A stretch of DNA of 35,688 nt from a virus. Under the pieces are notes generated by a model, which saw only the letters and a list, made by a program, of their open reading frames with translations, was not told the DNA's origin and searched no databases. Within the stretch, counting starts at the first letter, position 1; each line of letters opens with the position of its first letter. A program made the position numbers and the translations under genes. The stretch lies in UHGV virus genome UHGV-0123446, one strand, 5' to 3'. Shown in pieces: positions 18,427-27,824 of the stretch.

Positions 18427-18559
18427 CGGTGATCTGAACGCGTTGCTGGATGAAACGGAGGCCGCCTGGGCGGTCTGTGCAGACAAAGTGGACATGATTA
18501 TTGCGTGTCAGGAGCGAAACAGTGAACAAACCACAATCCCTGCGCCACGCCCTCAATAA
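18269..18559 (+). CDS. LysC, Rz1-like outer-membrane lipoprotein spanin, starts inside lysB in another frame
   Basis: Signal peptide with lipobox (LLCLLTLSGC); Pro-rich; overlaps the lysB 3' end. Confidence 0.55.
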   Translation: MRTRIYAAGLILLCLLTLSGCGNVRHSPEVQLTVSGCPRVTPCRLDQATPRTNGDLNALLDETEAAWAVCADKVDMIIACQERNSEQTTIPAPRPQ

Positions 18560-18953
18560 AGCGGTGCCTTATGTCCGCAATAACCCGGACAAACTGCATC
18601 TGTTTGTGGATAACGGTTCGCTGGTTGCCACGGGGGCCAGTTCCATGTCGTGGGAGTACCGTTACACCCTGAACGCGGTGATTGAGGATTTCAGCGGCGA
18701 CCAGAATCTGCTGATGGCCCCGGTTTTGCTGTGGCTGCGGGATAACCAGCCCGATGCCATCAATAACCCGGCGTTACGGGAAAAACTATTTACCTTTGAG
18801 GTGGATATTCTGCGCAACGATGTCTGTGATATCAGCCTTAACCTGCAACTGACGGAACGTGTGCTGGTCAGCACTGACGGCAGTGTGTCGAGCGTTGAAG
18901 CTGTAGCAGAACCCGATGAACCTGAAGAAATGTGGACGGTGAAACGTGGCTGA
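18522..18953 (+). CDS. R: Tail completion protein gpR (start taken at in-frame GTG 18522 after ggag)
   Basis: Position after the lysis genes and before S; ORF-track start 18501 overlaps lysC. Confidence 0.65.
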   Translation: MNKPQSLRHALNKAVPYVRNNPDKLHLFVDNGSLVATGASSMSWEYRYTLNAVIEDFSGDQNLLMAPVLLWLRDNQPDAINNPALREKLFTFEVDILRNDVCDISLNLQLTERVLVSTDGSVSSVEAVAEPDEPEEMWTVKRG

Positions 18954-19392
18954 ACTGCAGAAGGTGGACGACTGGCTTAGTGCCTTACTGGCGAATCTGG
19001 AACCAGTCGCAAGAAGCCGCATGATGCGCCAGCTGGCGCAGGAACTGCGCCGGACACAGCAGCAGAATATCAGGATGCAGCGCAATCCAGATGGCAGCAG
19101 TTATGAACCGCGCAGGGTAACAGCACGCAGCAAGAAGGGGCGCATCAAACGTCAGATGTTTGCAAAGCTGCGCACCACAAAATACCTGAAAACTGCCGCC
19201 AGCGCCGACTCTGCCAGCGTACAGTTTGAAGGCAAGGTGCAGCGTATTGCCCGTGTTCACCATTACGGCCTGCGTGATCGCGTCAGTCGCAAAGGACCGG
19301 AGGTCCGTTACGCAGAGCGCCGCCTGCTGGGTGTAAATGATGATGTTGAGGCAATGACCCGCGACATGATTCTGCAATGGCTGGCGGGGTGA
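18946..19392 (+). CDS. S: Tail completion / virion morphogenesis protein gpS
   Basis: 148 aa; GTG start overlaps the R stop; P2 order R-S. Confidence 0.75.
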   Translation: MAELQKVDDWLSALLANLEPVARSRMMRQLAQELRRTQQQNIRMQRNPDGSSYEPRRVTARSKKGRIKRQMFAKLRTTKYLKTAASADSASVQFEGKVQRIARVHHYGLRDRVSRKGPEVRYAERRLLGVNDDVEAMTRDMILQWLAG

Positions 19393-19396
19393 TCTT

Positions 19397-19414
19397 TGTA
19401 TCAGCACTGATACA
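19397..19414. promoter_or_regulatory. Late-promoter activator site TGT-N12-ACA upstream of V (near-perfect dyad TGTATCAGCACTGATACA)
   Basis: Palindromic TGT-N12-ACA about 50 bp upstream of the V start. Confidence 0.5.
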
Positions 19415-19460
19415 AGTTGCAGCACTGCCGCCTTTCTTCCCCTGATGGCAACCTTTCCCT

Positions 19461-20039
19461 ATGAACGCACAATTAACCGAAATCATGCGCCTTATCACCA
19501 ACCTGATCCGCACAGGGGTAGTCACCGAAGTGGACAGGGAAAACTGGCTTTGCCGGGTGAAAACGGGCGAGCTTGAAACCAACTGGATCAGCTGGCTGAC
19601 GCTGCGTGCCGGGAATGCCCGCACATGGTGGCGACCATCAGAAGGTGAGCAGGTGGTGCTGCTGAGTCTGGGCGGCAATCTGGAAACCGCCTTTGCGTTA
19701 CCCGCCATCTATTCGAATCAGTTCGCGCCACCGTCGACGTCGGCGGACGCCTGCGTGACAGAACATCCTGACGGTGGCTGGTTTGAATACGAACCAGCCA
19801 CCGGGCGCTGGTATGTCAGGGGCATCAAATCAATGGTCATTGAGGCCGCCGACAATATCACCCTGAAAACCAGTGAGTTTGTGCTGGAGGCTGACCGCAC
19901 GCGTATTAACAGCGAAGTGGTGATCAATGGTGGCGTTACCCAGGGCGGCGGAGCGATGAGTTCTAACGGGATCGTGGTTGATGCGCATCAGCATACTGGC
20001 GTTCTGAAAGGCGGCGACACAACCGGAGGCCCGGTATGA
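19461..20039 (+). CDS. V: Baseplate assembly/spike protein gpV
   Basis: 192 aa, first gene of the V-W-J-I-H-G operon. Confidence 0.8.
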   Translation: MNAQLTEIMRLITNLIRTGVVTEVDRENWLCRVKTGELETNWISWLTLRAGNARTWWRPSEGEQVVLLSLGGNLETAFALPAIYSNQFAPPSTSADACVTEHPDGGWFEYEPATGRWYVRGIKSMVIEAADNITLKTSEFVLEADRTRINSEVVINGGVTQGGGAMSSNGIVVDAHQHTGVLKGGDTTGGPV

Positions 20040-20395
20040 CGCTTTATAGCGGGATGAACAATACCAGCGGCAAAGCCATTACTGATATTGACCATCTGCG
20101 CCAGTCGGTGCGGGACATTCTGCTGACGCCGCAGGGTAGCCGCATTGCTCGCCGTGAATATGGTTCCCTGCTGTCAGCACTGATAGACCAGCCACAAAAT
20201 CCGGCGTTACGCCTGCAGGTCATGTCGGCAGTGTATGTGGCGCTGAGTCGCTGGGAGCCACGGCTGACGCTGGATTCCATCACCATCAACAGCCATTTTG
20301 ACGGTTCAATGGTGGTGGAGCTGAGCGGGCGGCGTAATAACGGTGTGCCTGTTTCCCTTTCCGTATCAACAGGAGCAGAGAATGGCAGTGATTGA
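20036..20395 (+). CDS. W: Baseplate protein gpW (gp25-like)
   Basis: 119 aa, overlapping start/stop with V and J. Confidence 0.8.
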   Translation: MTLYSGMNNTSGKAITDIDHLRQSVRDILLTPQGSRIARREYGSLLSALIDQPQNPALRLQVMSAVYVALSRWEPRLTLDSITINSHFDGSMVVELSGRRNNGVPVSLSVSTGAENGSD

Positions 20396-21290
20396 CCTTT
20401 CGCAGTTGCCTGCGCCGCAGATTGTGGATGTGCCGGACTTTGAGACGCTGCTTGCCGAACGCAAGGCAGAATTTGTGGCGCTTCATCCGAAAGATGAGCA
20501 GGAAGCAGTGATCCGCACGCTGGAACTGGAATCTGAACCCGTTACCAAATTGTTGCAGGAGAACGCTTATCGTGAGTTGCTTCTGCGTCAGCGCATTAAC
20601 GAAGCCGCGCAGGCGGTGATGGTGGCTTATGCCATAGGGAGCGATCTGGACCAGCTTGCTGCCAATTACAACGTGAAACGCCTGACGGTGACACCTGCTG
20701 ATAATGACGCTGTGCCGCCCGTTGCGGCTGTGATGGAAAGTGATGAAGCGTTACGCCTGCGTGTGCCTGCCGCCTTTGAAGGGCTTTCAGTTGCGGGGCC
20801 AACTGCAGCTTATGAGTTTCATGCACGAAGCGCCGACGGTCGGGTGGCGGATGCCAGTGCAACCAGCCCGGCACCTGCAGAGGTGGTGCTGACTGTCCTT
20901 AGCCGCGAAGGGGACGGAACAGCAGAAAAAGACCTGCTGGATTTGGTGGAGAAAGCCCTGAACAGTGAGAACGTCCGCCCGGTGGCTGACCGTCTGACGG
21001 TTCGCAGCGCAGAAATCATCCCGTACCGCGTGGAGGCCACCATTTTTCTCTATCCGGGACCGGAAGCAGAGCCGGTAATGGCAGCGGCAAAAGCCAGTCT
21101 GCAGAAGTACATTGCCAGCCAGACGAGGCTTGGTCGGGATATTCGCCGTAGCGCCATATTTGCTGCTCTGCATGTTGAGGGTGTTCAACGTGTGGAACTG
21201 GCTTCTCCGCTGGCGGATGTGGTCCTGAACAAAACACAGGCGGCATCATGTACGCAGTGGAGCGTAACCAACGGAGGAACGGATGAATAG
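20382..21290 (+). CDS. J: Baseplate protein gpJ (302 aa from ATG 20382)
   Basis: Size identical to P2 gpJ; ORF-track start 20343 is an extension. Confidence 0.85.
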   Translation: MAVIDLSQLPAPQIVDVPDFETLLAERKAEFVALHPKDEQEAVIRTLELESEPVTKLLQENAYRELLLRQRINEAAQAVMVAYAIGSDLDQLAANYNVKRLTVTPADNDAVPPVAAVMESDEALRLRVPAAFEGLSVAGPTAAYEFHARSADGRVADASATSPAPAEVVLTVLSREGDGTAEKDLLDLVEKALNSENVRPVADRLTVRSAEIIPYRVEATIFLYPGPEAEPVMAAAKASLQKYIASQTRLGRDIRRSAIFAALHVEGVQRVELASPLADVVLNKTQAASCTQWSVTNGGTDE

Positions 21291-21888
21291 TCTGCTGCCA
21301 CCGGGTTCAACGCCACTGGAGCGCCGACTGGCGCAAACCTGTAGCGGGATTTCTGATTTGCAGGTGCCGCTGCGTGACTTGTGGAATCCGGCTACCTGTC
21401 CGGTCAGCTTCCTGCCTTATCTCGCCTGGGCGTTCTCTGTGGATCGCTGGGACGAGGGCTGGACAGAAAGCGTCAAACGCCAGGTAGTGAAGGATGCTTT
21501 TTATATTCATCAGCATAAAGGAACCACCAGTGCCGTGCGGCGGGTGGTGGAACCGTTCGGATTCCTGATCCGCATTATTGAGTGGTGGCAGACCGGAGAA
21601 ACACCGGGCACGTTTCGCCTGGATATCGGCGTGCAGGACCAGGGCATCACTGAAGATACCTATCTGGAACTTGAGCGACTGATAAGCGATGCCAAACCAT
21701 GTAGCCGCCACATGATCGGCATGTCCATCAATCTGCAGACCAGCGGCCCGCATTGGGTGGGAGCCGCCAGCTATCTTGGCGAAGAAATCACGATCTATCC
21801 GTATATCAACGAAACGATTATTTCCGGTGGCACCGCGCATGAAGGCGGGGCGGTCCATGTTATTGACACAATGAGAGTGAATCCATGA
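21283..21888 (+). CDS. I: Baseplate/tail protein gpI
   Basis: 201 aa, between J and the tail-fibre gene. Confidence 0.8.
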   Translation: MNSLLPPGSTPLERRLAQTCSGISDLQVPLRDLWNPATCPVSFLPYLAWAFSVDRWDEGWTESVKRQVVKDAFYIHQHKGTTSAVRRVVEPFGFLIRIIEWWQTGETPGTFRLDIGVQDQGITEDTYLELERLISDAKPCSRHMIGMSINLQTSGPHWVGAASYLGEEITIYPYINETIISGGTAHEGGAVHVIDTMRVNP

Positions 21889-23285
21889 GCACAAAATTTT
21901 ATACCCTGCTGACGGATATTGGCGCGGCGAAACTTGCCAGCGCCGCCGCGCTCGGTGTGCCGCTAAAAATTACCCATATGGCGGTGGGCGATGGCGGCGG
22001 AGCATTGCCAACGCCGGACGCAAAGCAGACGGTACTGGTAAATGAGAAACGCCGGGCTGCGCTGAATATGCTCTATATCGACCCGCAGAACAGCAGCCAG
22101 ATTATTGCTGAACAGGTGATCCCTGAAAACGAGGGCGGTTGGTGGATACGTGAAGTGGGCCTGTTTGATGAGTCCGGGGCATTGATTGCCGTGGGCAACT
22201 GCCCGGAAAGCTATAAGCCGCAACTGGCTGAAGGCAGCGGGCGCACCCAGACCGTGCGCATGGTGCTGATTACCAGCAGCACGGACAATATCATCCTGAA
22301 AATCGACCCTGCTGTAGTGCTGGCAACCCGTAAATACGTCGATGATAAAGTCCTGGAATTAAAGCTGTATGTGGATGACCAGATGAGAAACCACATTGCC
22401 GCACAAGATCCTCATACCCAGTATGCGCAGAAACATAATCCGACATTTACCGGAGAACCAAAAGCGCCGACGCCTGCAGCAGGAAATAACACCACTCGGA
22501 TTGCGACCACAGAGTTTGTTCAGGCCGCTATTACTGCTCTGATTAACGGTGCGCCAGCCACGCTGGACACACTGAAAGAAATTGCCGTAGCAATTAACAA
22601 TGACCCGAAATTCAGTACCACTATTAATAATGCGCTGGCACTGAAAGCGCCGCTGTCGAGTCCGGCACTTACCGGAACGCCAACAGCACCTACTGCGGCA
22701 CAGTCGGTCAACAATACACAGATTGCCACTACGGCTTTTGTGAAATCGGCGATTGCAGGAATGGTGGGTTCTGCACCTGCGGCACTGGATACATTGAACG
22801 AACTGGCGGCGGCGCTGGGGAATGACCCGAACTTTGCCACGACAATGCTTAATGCGCTAGCAGGTAAACAACCGCTGGACAATACGCTGACTAATTTGAG
22901 TGGAAAGGATGTAGCTGGTCTTCTCGCATACCTTGGTTTGGGAGAAGCGGCTAAAAGGAATGTAGGGACAGGGGCGAATCAGATACCTGATATGGGTAGC
23001 TTCACGCTTTCTGTTTCAGGTACTGGATATCAAAAATTACCATCAGGTTTTATTCTTCAGTGGGGCTCAATCGGCGCACCAGGCATTGCACAGGATGTAG
23101 TAACCCATTTCCCGATTGCATTTCCAAACAGATGTCTGCGTGTTTTGGTCTCACAAGACTACACACCAGATAGCGGGGCTGTTGGTTATATTGCCTGTGC
23201 AGGTTTTAGTCCCGACCCGGTTAAATTTATATCCAGAGCCAGTACTCCTGGCCTAGGCGCTTCATTTTTAGCGTTAGGCTGTTAA
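21885..23285 (+). CDS. H: Tail fibre protein gpH; the C-terminal part (from about 22935) lies inside the invertible segment
   Basis: Conserved P2 gpH-like N-terminus [18 protein letters not shown]...; repeated A/T/N-rich fibre repeats; C-terminus follows the hix-like site. Confidence 0.85.
   Translation: MSTKFYTLLTDIGAAKLASAAALGVPLKITHMAVGDGGGALPTPDAKQTVLVNEKRRAALNMLYIDPQNSSQIIAEQVIPENEGGWWIREVGLFDESGALIAVGNCPESYKPQLAEGSGRTQTVRMVLITSSTDNIILKIDPAVVLATRKYVDDKVLELKLYVDDQMRNHIAAQDPHTQYAQKHNPTFTGEPKAPTPAAGNNTTRIATTEFVQAAITALINGAPATLDTLKEIAVAINNDPKFSTTINNALALKAPLSSPALTGTPTAPTAAQSVNNTQIATTAFVKSAIAGMVGSAPAALDTLNELAAALGNDPNFATTMLNALAGKQPLDNTLTNLSGKDVAGLLAYLGLGEAAKRNVGTGANQIPDMGSFTLSVSGTGYQKLPSGFILQWGSIGAPGIAQDVVTHFPIAFPNRCLRVLVSQDYTPDSGAVGYIACAGFSPDPVKFISRASTPGLGASFLALGC
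22921..22946. other. hix/gix-like invertase recombination site (left), inside gene H
   Basis: ttctcgcataccttggtttgggagaa; its reverse complement shares the half-site TTCTCCCAAACCAA with the site at 24846..24871 and resembles hixL (TTCTTGAAAACCAAGGTTTTTGATAA). Confidence 0.55.
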
Positions 23286-23306
23286 TTTAGCTATATGGAG
23301 TGAAAA

Positions 23307-23747
23307 ATGAATTACATATATTCCGCGACTACAAACTCTTTCTATCCGCTGGAGATGAAAGAGGATTACACTCAAGCTGACTCATGGCCAGATGATGCTG
23401 TTGAAGTTGATGAGCAAGTGTATATTGCGTTTTCCGGATTACCGCCGAAAGGAAAAATCCGTATCGCTGGAGAAAATGGTTTTCCTGCATGGTCCGAAAT
23501 TCCACCACCAACACATGAGGAACAAATTGCTGCAGCCGAACTGGAGAAGCAGCAATTGATTAATCAGGCCAACGATTATATGAACAGTAAACAATGGCCT
23601 GGTAAAGCGGCTATTGGTCGTCTGAAAGGTGACGAACTGGCGCAATATAATTTGTGGCTGGATTACCTGGACGCACTGGAACTGGTCGATACTTCCGGTG
23701 CGCCAGATATTGAATGGCCTACGCCTCCGGCAGTTCAGGCCAGATGA
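23307..23747 (+). CDS. G: Tail fibre assembly chaperone gpG (currently expressed orientation)
   Basis: 146 aa, conserved Tfa C-terminal pattern (LELVDTSGAPDIEWPTPP); directly after H. Confidence 0.8.
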   Translation: MNYIYSATTNSFYPLEMKEDYTQADSWPDDAVEVDEQVYIAFSGLPPKGKIRIAGENGFPAWSEIPPPTHEEQIAAAELEKQQLINQANDYMNSKQWPGKAAIGRLKGDELAQYNLWLDYLDALELVDTSGAPDIEWPTPPAVQAR

Positions 23748-24324
23748 CATCCGGCGCGGTGCTGGTATCTGTTGCCGTCACCGCGTCAATGTAATCCAGC
23801 ACAGCGTTAAGTCGGGTGGTTTCTGCCTGCGTCAGCTTCCGCCCGGCCTGCAATTTCAGTTGAATCAGACTGATGGAAGCCATTGCAGTATCAATCAGTG
23901 ACTGACGCTGTGCTTCTGCCGCGTCTACTGCGGCGCTATGCTGTGCCTCAGTATCGGTCACCCATTTCTTACCATCCCATTTATCGAATGGCGTTAACGG
24001 GGCGATAGTGGTTGTATTTTCAGGATAATCACCCGGAGCTGTGATTTCTTTGGCGTCTCCCGTTTCGGTGTTATAGACGATTTCACCGCGATGGTCTGGC
24101 ACATATTCCCATGCGTTTAAATCCATCGAACGGCAGATAGCATAACCCGCCTTATGTGTGCCAGGAGCATCTAAACAGGAATATGCAGGGATACCGACAC
24201 CCACAGCAAGATATTCAGTTGATGCAGAAATATACTCCCGTGTCTCACTGTCATAGTTATAAACGGTAATCTCTCCTGCCTTTGTGGCAATAAATTTACT
24301 ATTCAAGATGGCGTTATACATCAT
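23719..24324 (-). CDS. Alternative tail fibre assembly chaperone (inverse-orientation partner)
   Basis: 201 aa, Tfa-like C-terminus (DTSTAPDVIWPELPEA); convergent with and overlapping G; downstream of the alternative fibre tip segment. Confidence 0.75.
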   Translation of the reverse strand: MMYNAILNSKFIATKAGEITVYNYDSETREYISASTEYLAVGVGIPAYSCLDAPGTHKAGYAICRSMDLNAWEYVPDHRGEIVYNTETGDAKEITAPGDYPENTTTIAPLTPFDKWDGKKWVTDTEAQHSAAVDAAEAQRQSLIDTAMASISLIQLKLQAGRKLTQAETTRLNAVLDYIDAVTATDTSTAPDVIWPELPEA

Positions 24325-24857
24325 GCAGCCCTCACAATGTAATTAAATGAAATATTACGTGGGCGTGTCTCTGCTGCACCGACAATACTGGTACTCAACC
24401 CCGTCGCTGTTCGTTTGTTATTTTTATTTCCTTCAATCAGACAGTTGTAATCATCATTACCAATTAACGAATTAGTGGCATCAATACCGTCCGGGGACAA
24501 GGCATTAGTTGTAGAACTTAAAGTCAGCATCTCGTCTGAACTTGGAAGATTTTTTAATGGTATTTCATTGCGAGAAATACCCGCGTAAAAAAAGGACTCA
24601 TGCCTGTGCGCTTCAAAAGAGTCATCCTGAAGACTTAGCAAGGCACGTCCCGCATCCACACCACGCCCGTCATCCCAGCCACGAATAAACTCACCACGTA
24701 AATCAGGCAATTTATTTGTCGGATAAGCCTTTGCCAGTTCCGGGTATTCTTCAGCAGAAAAAGCGGCACCGTTACATTTCAGCCAGCCTGTTGGCGGAGT
24801 GGCGGAAGGCCACGGAACAGGCACGCCAACGGGTAATGCCGAACCTTCTCCCAAACC
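24321..24857 (-). CDS. Alternative tail-fibre C-terminal segment (promoterless; would be fused to the H constant part after inversion)
   Basis: Begins at the hix-like site with the same GLGE junction as H; contains the LPVGVPVPWPS...GWLKCNG...LPDLRG motif typical of Mu/P1/e14-type fibre variable parts. Confidence 0.7.
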   Translation of the reverse strand, partial: GLGEGSALPVGVPVPWPSATPPTGWLKCNGAAFSAEEYPELAKAYPTNKLPDLRGEFIRGWDDGRGVDAGRALLSLQDDSFEAHRHESFFYAGISRNEIPLKNLPSSDEMLTLSSTTNALSPDGIDATNSLIGNDDYNCLIEGNKNNKRTATGLSTSIVGAAETRPRNISFNYIVRAA

Positions 24858-24871
24858 AACGTTTAAGGAAA
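24846..24871. other. hix/gix-like invertase recombination site (right)
   Basis: ttctcccaaaccaacgtttaaggaaa; inverted relative to the site at 22921..22946; about 50 bp upstream of the invertase gene. Confidence 0.55.
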
Positions 24872-24920
24872 TGCAGAGGTAACAGCTAACTGGCATCATC
24901 TCCGGTTTTTATTCAGGGGG

Positions 24921-25493
24921 ATGATCATGCTTATTGGCTATGTACGCGTGTCAACAAATGACCAGAACACCGATTTGCAACGTAATGCACTGAACTGCGC
25001 GGGATGTGAGCGGATTTTTGAGGACAAAATCAGTGGCACTAAGTCCGACAGACCGGGGCTGAAAAAACTACTCAGGACACTATCGGCAGGAGACACGCTG
25101 GTTGTCTGGAAGCTGGACAGGTTGGGACGCAGTATGCGGCATCTTGTTACGCTGATAGAAGAGTTGCGCCAGCGTGGCGTGAATTTCCGAAGCCTGACTG
25201 ACAGTATTGATACCAGTACCCCAATGGGCCGTTTCTTTTTTCATGTCATGGGTGCCCTGGCTGAAATGGAACGCGAACTGATAGTTGAACGTACCAGGGC
25301 GGGGATTGCTGCAGCTCGCGACAAAGGCAGAGTAGGTGGACGCCGTCCTAAGTTGACCACCGAACAGTGGGCACAGATTGGACGTTTACTAGAGGCCGGA
25401 GAATCAAGACAGCGTATTGCACTGATTTTTGATGTGGGCGTTTCTACCATTTATAGAAAATTTCCGGCAAATAAGAGCAGTGAATCCCCCTGA
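24921..25493 (+). CDS. Serine DNA invertase (Hin/Gin/Pin/Cin family)
   Basis: N-terminal resolvase catalytic domain IGYVRVSTNDQ...VVWKLDRLGRS...MGRFFFHVMGALAEMERELIVERT and C-terminal HTH; closely resembles Hin. Confidence 0.9.
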   Translation: MIMLIGYVRVSTNDQNTDLQRNALNCAGCERIFEDKISGTKSDRPGLKKLLRTLSAGDTLVVWKLDRLGRSMRHLVTLIEELRQRGVNFRSLTDSIDTSTPMGRFFFHVMGALAEMERELIVERTRAGIAAARDKGRVGGRRPKLTTEQWAQIGRLLEAGESRQRIALIFDVGVSTIYRKFPANKSSESP

Positions 25494-25541
25494 ATCAGCA
25501 TAATTTTGATTATCCCTGCAAGCAGACAAATACCGTCATTT

Positions 25542-25559
25542 TGTGTGAATAACTGTACA
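25542..25559. promoter_or_regulatory. Late-promoter activator site TGT-N12-ACA upstream of FI
   Basis: tgtgtgaataactgtaca, about 80 bp upstream of the FI start. Confidence 0.45.
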
Positions 25560-25635
25560 ACTACACTTAGCTGTTTGTCGGGCACAATCACTTCAACATA
25601 GGGCGAAGCCTAATCCAATCAGGAGGTTCGCCGCT

Positions 25636-26808
25636 ATGGCTCAGGATTACCACCACGGGGTGCGCGTTGTTGAAATCAACGAAGGCACCCGATCCATTAC
25701 CACGGTGAGCACCGCCATCGTGGGTATGGTCTGCACGGGCGATGATGCCGATGCAAAAATGTTTCCTCTTAATAAACCCGTGCTGATCACTGATGTGCTG
25801 ACTGCCAGCGGTAAAGCGGGTGAGTCCGGCACGCTGGCCCGTTCGCTGGATGCCATCGCTGACCAGGCAAAACCCGTGACCGTTGTTGTACGTGTGCCGC
25901 AGGGTGAAACGGAAGAAGAAACCACGACCAATATCATCGGCGCAGTGACTGCTGAAGGTAAAAAAACAGGCATGAAAGCCCTGTTATCTGCCCAGACACA
26001 GCTCGGCGTTAAACCGCGCATTCTCGGCGTGCCAGGTCACGATAACAAAGCCGTTGCTACTGAGTTGCTGAGTGTGGCGCAAAGCCTGCGTGGGTTTGCT
26101 TACCTGTCAGCGTATGGCTGCAAGACGGTGCAGGAGGCGATCACTTACCGTGAAAACTTCAGCCAGCGCGAAGGAATGCTGATCTGGCCCGACTTTACTG
26201 GCTGGGACACGGTGCTGAATGCCGAAGCAACGGCATATGCCACCGCCCGTGCGCTTGGTCTGCGTGCCAAAATTGATGAGCAGACTGGGTGGCACAAAAG
26301 CCTGTCCAACGTGGGCGTGAACGGTGTCACCGGAATTTCTGCAGATGTTTTCTGGGATCTGCAGGACCCGGCAACCGATGCAGGTCTGCTGAACCAGAAC
26401 GACGTCACCACGCTTGTGCGTAAAGACGGTTTCCGCTTTTGGGGTTCCCGCTGCCTGAGTGATGACCCGCTCTTTGCCTTCGAAAACTACACCCGCACGG
26501 CGCAGGTGCTGACGGACACAATGGCAGAAGCGCACATGTGGGCGGTGGACAAACCGCTTAACCCGTCGCTGGCCCGCGACATTATCGAAGGTATCCGCGC
26601 CAAAATACGCAGCCTGGTCAGTCAGGGCTATCTCATTGGTGGTGATTGCTGGCTGGATGAGTCGGTGAACGACAAAGACACGTTGAAAGCCGGAAAACTC
26701 ACCATCGACTATGACTACACGCCAGTGCCGCCACTTGAAAATCTGATGCTGCGCCAGCGCATCACCGATCAGTACCTGGTGAATTTTGCCAGCCAGGTCA
26801 GCGCGTAA
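25636..26808 (+). CDS. FI: Contractile tail sheath protein gpFI
   Basis: 390 aa, first gene of the FI-FII-E-T-U-D operon. Confidence 0.9.
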   Translation: MAQDYHHGVRVVEINEGTRSITTVSTAIVGMVCTGDDADAKMFPLNKPVLITDVLTASGKAGESGTLARSLDAIADQAKPVTVVVRVPQGETEEETTTNIIGAVTAEGKKTGMKALLSAQTQLGVKPRILGVPGHDNKAVATELLSVAQSLRGFAYLSAYGCKTVQEAITYRENFSQREGMLIWPDFTGWDTVLNAEATAYATARALGLRAKIDEQTGWHKSLSNVGVNGVTGISADVFWDLQDPATDAGLLNQNDVTTLVRKDGFRFWGSRCLSDDPLFAFENYTRTAQVLTDTMAEAHMWAVDKPLNPSLARDIIEGIRAKIRSLVSQGYLIGGDCWLDESVNDKDTLKAGKLTIDYDYTPVPPLENLMLRQRITDQYLVNFASQVSA

Positions 26809-26817
26809 GGGGGATAC

Positions 26818-27333
26818 ATGGCATTACCACGCAAGTTAAAACACCTGAACCTGTTTAACGACGGGAATAACTGGCAGGGGATCGTTGAGTCGCTGACGCT
26901 GCCGAAATTCACCCGCAAATATGAGAAGTATCGCGGCGGCGGAATGCCGGGTGCAGTGGATGTGGATCTGGGGCTTGATGACAGTGCGCTGGACACAGAA
27001 TTTTCCATTGGTGGTACTGAACTGCTGCTGTTTAAACAGATGGGCAAAGCCACGGTGGATGGCATCCAGTTGCGCTTTACCGGCTCTATCCAGCGTGATG
27101 ATACCGGGGAAGTGCAGGCCGTGGAGCTTGTGGTGCGTGGACGTCACAAAGAAGTGGATTCCGGCGAGTGGAAGACGGGCGAAAGCAACACCACTAAAGT
27201 GACCAGTACCAACAGCTACGCGAAGCTGACTATCAATGGTGAGGTGCTCTATGAAGTGGACCTTATCAACATGGTGGAAATTGTGGACGGTGTGGACTTG
27301 ATGGAAGCGCACCGCAACGCCCTCGGCCTCTGA
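26818..27333 (+). CDS. FII: Tail tube protein gpFII
   Basis: 171 aa immediately after the sheath gene. Confidence 0.9.
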   Translation: MALPRKLKHLNLFNDGNNWQGIVESLTLPKFTRKYEKYRGGGMPGAVDVDLGLDDSALDTEFSIGGTELLLFKQMGKATVDGIQLRFTGSIQRDDTGEVQAVELVVRGRHKEVDSGEWKTGESNTTKVTSTNSYAKLTINGEVLYEVDLINMVEIVDGVDLMEAHRNALGL

Positions 27334-27387
27334 TGTATCTGAACTGCGCGGAATGCCGCGCCAGAACCCAATTTACAGGACAGCAAA

Positions 27388-27690
27388 ATGAGCGATAAGC
27401 AGACTGAAAAGACCATTCTACTGGATACCCCCATCATGCGTGGTAAAACTGAAATCACCGAAATTGTGCTGCGTAAACCGCAGTCCGGTGCGCTGCGCGG
27501 TACACGCCTGCAGGCCATTATGGATATGGATGTGAACGCGATGATGACCGTGATCCCCCGCATCTCCAGCCCGGCGCTGACTGCACAGGAAATTGCAGAG
27601 ATGGACCCGGCAGATCTCACTGCCATGTCGGTTGAGGTTGTCACTTTTTTGTTGAAGAAGTCGGTGCTTGCCGGTTTACCGACAGCCTGA
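27388..27690 (+). CDS. E: Tail assembly chaperone gpE
   Basis: 100 aa; contains the slippery heptamer near its 3' end. Confidence 0.8.
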   Translation: MSDKQTEKTILLDTPIMRGKTEITEIVLRKPQSGALRGTRLQAIMDMDVNAMMTVIPRISSPALTAQEIAEMDPADLTAMSVEVVTFLLKKSVLAGLPTA

Positions 27691-27824
27691 TGGTTGACGA
27701 TCTGGTGGCAGATATCGCCACCATTTTTCACTGGCCGCCATCCGTTACTGACGTTATGCCGCTGACCGAAGTGCTGGAATGGCGGTATAAAGCGATTCAG
27801 AGAAGCGGGGCTAACGATGAGTGA
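27388..27824 (+). CDS. gpE+E' fusion produced by programmed -1 ribosomal frameshift at T_TTT_TTG (27645..27651)
   Basis: Canonical slippery heptamer in the zero frame of E; the -1 frame stays open to a TGA at 27822..27824 overlapping the T start. Confidence 0.65.
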
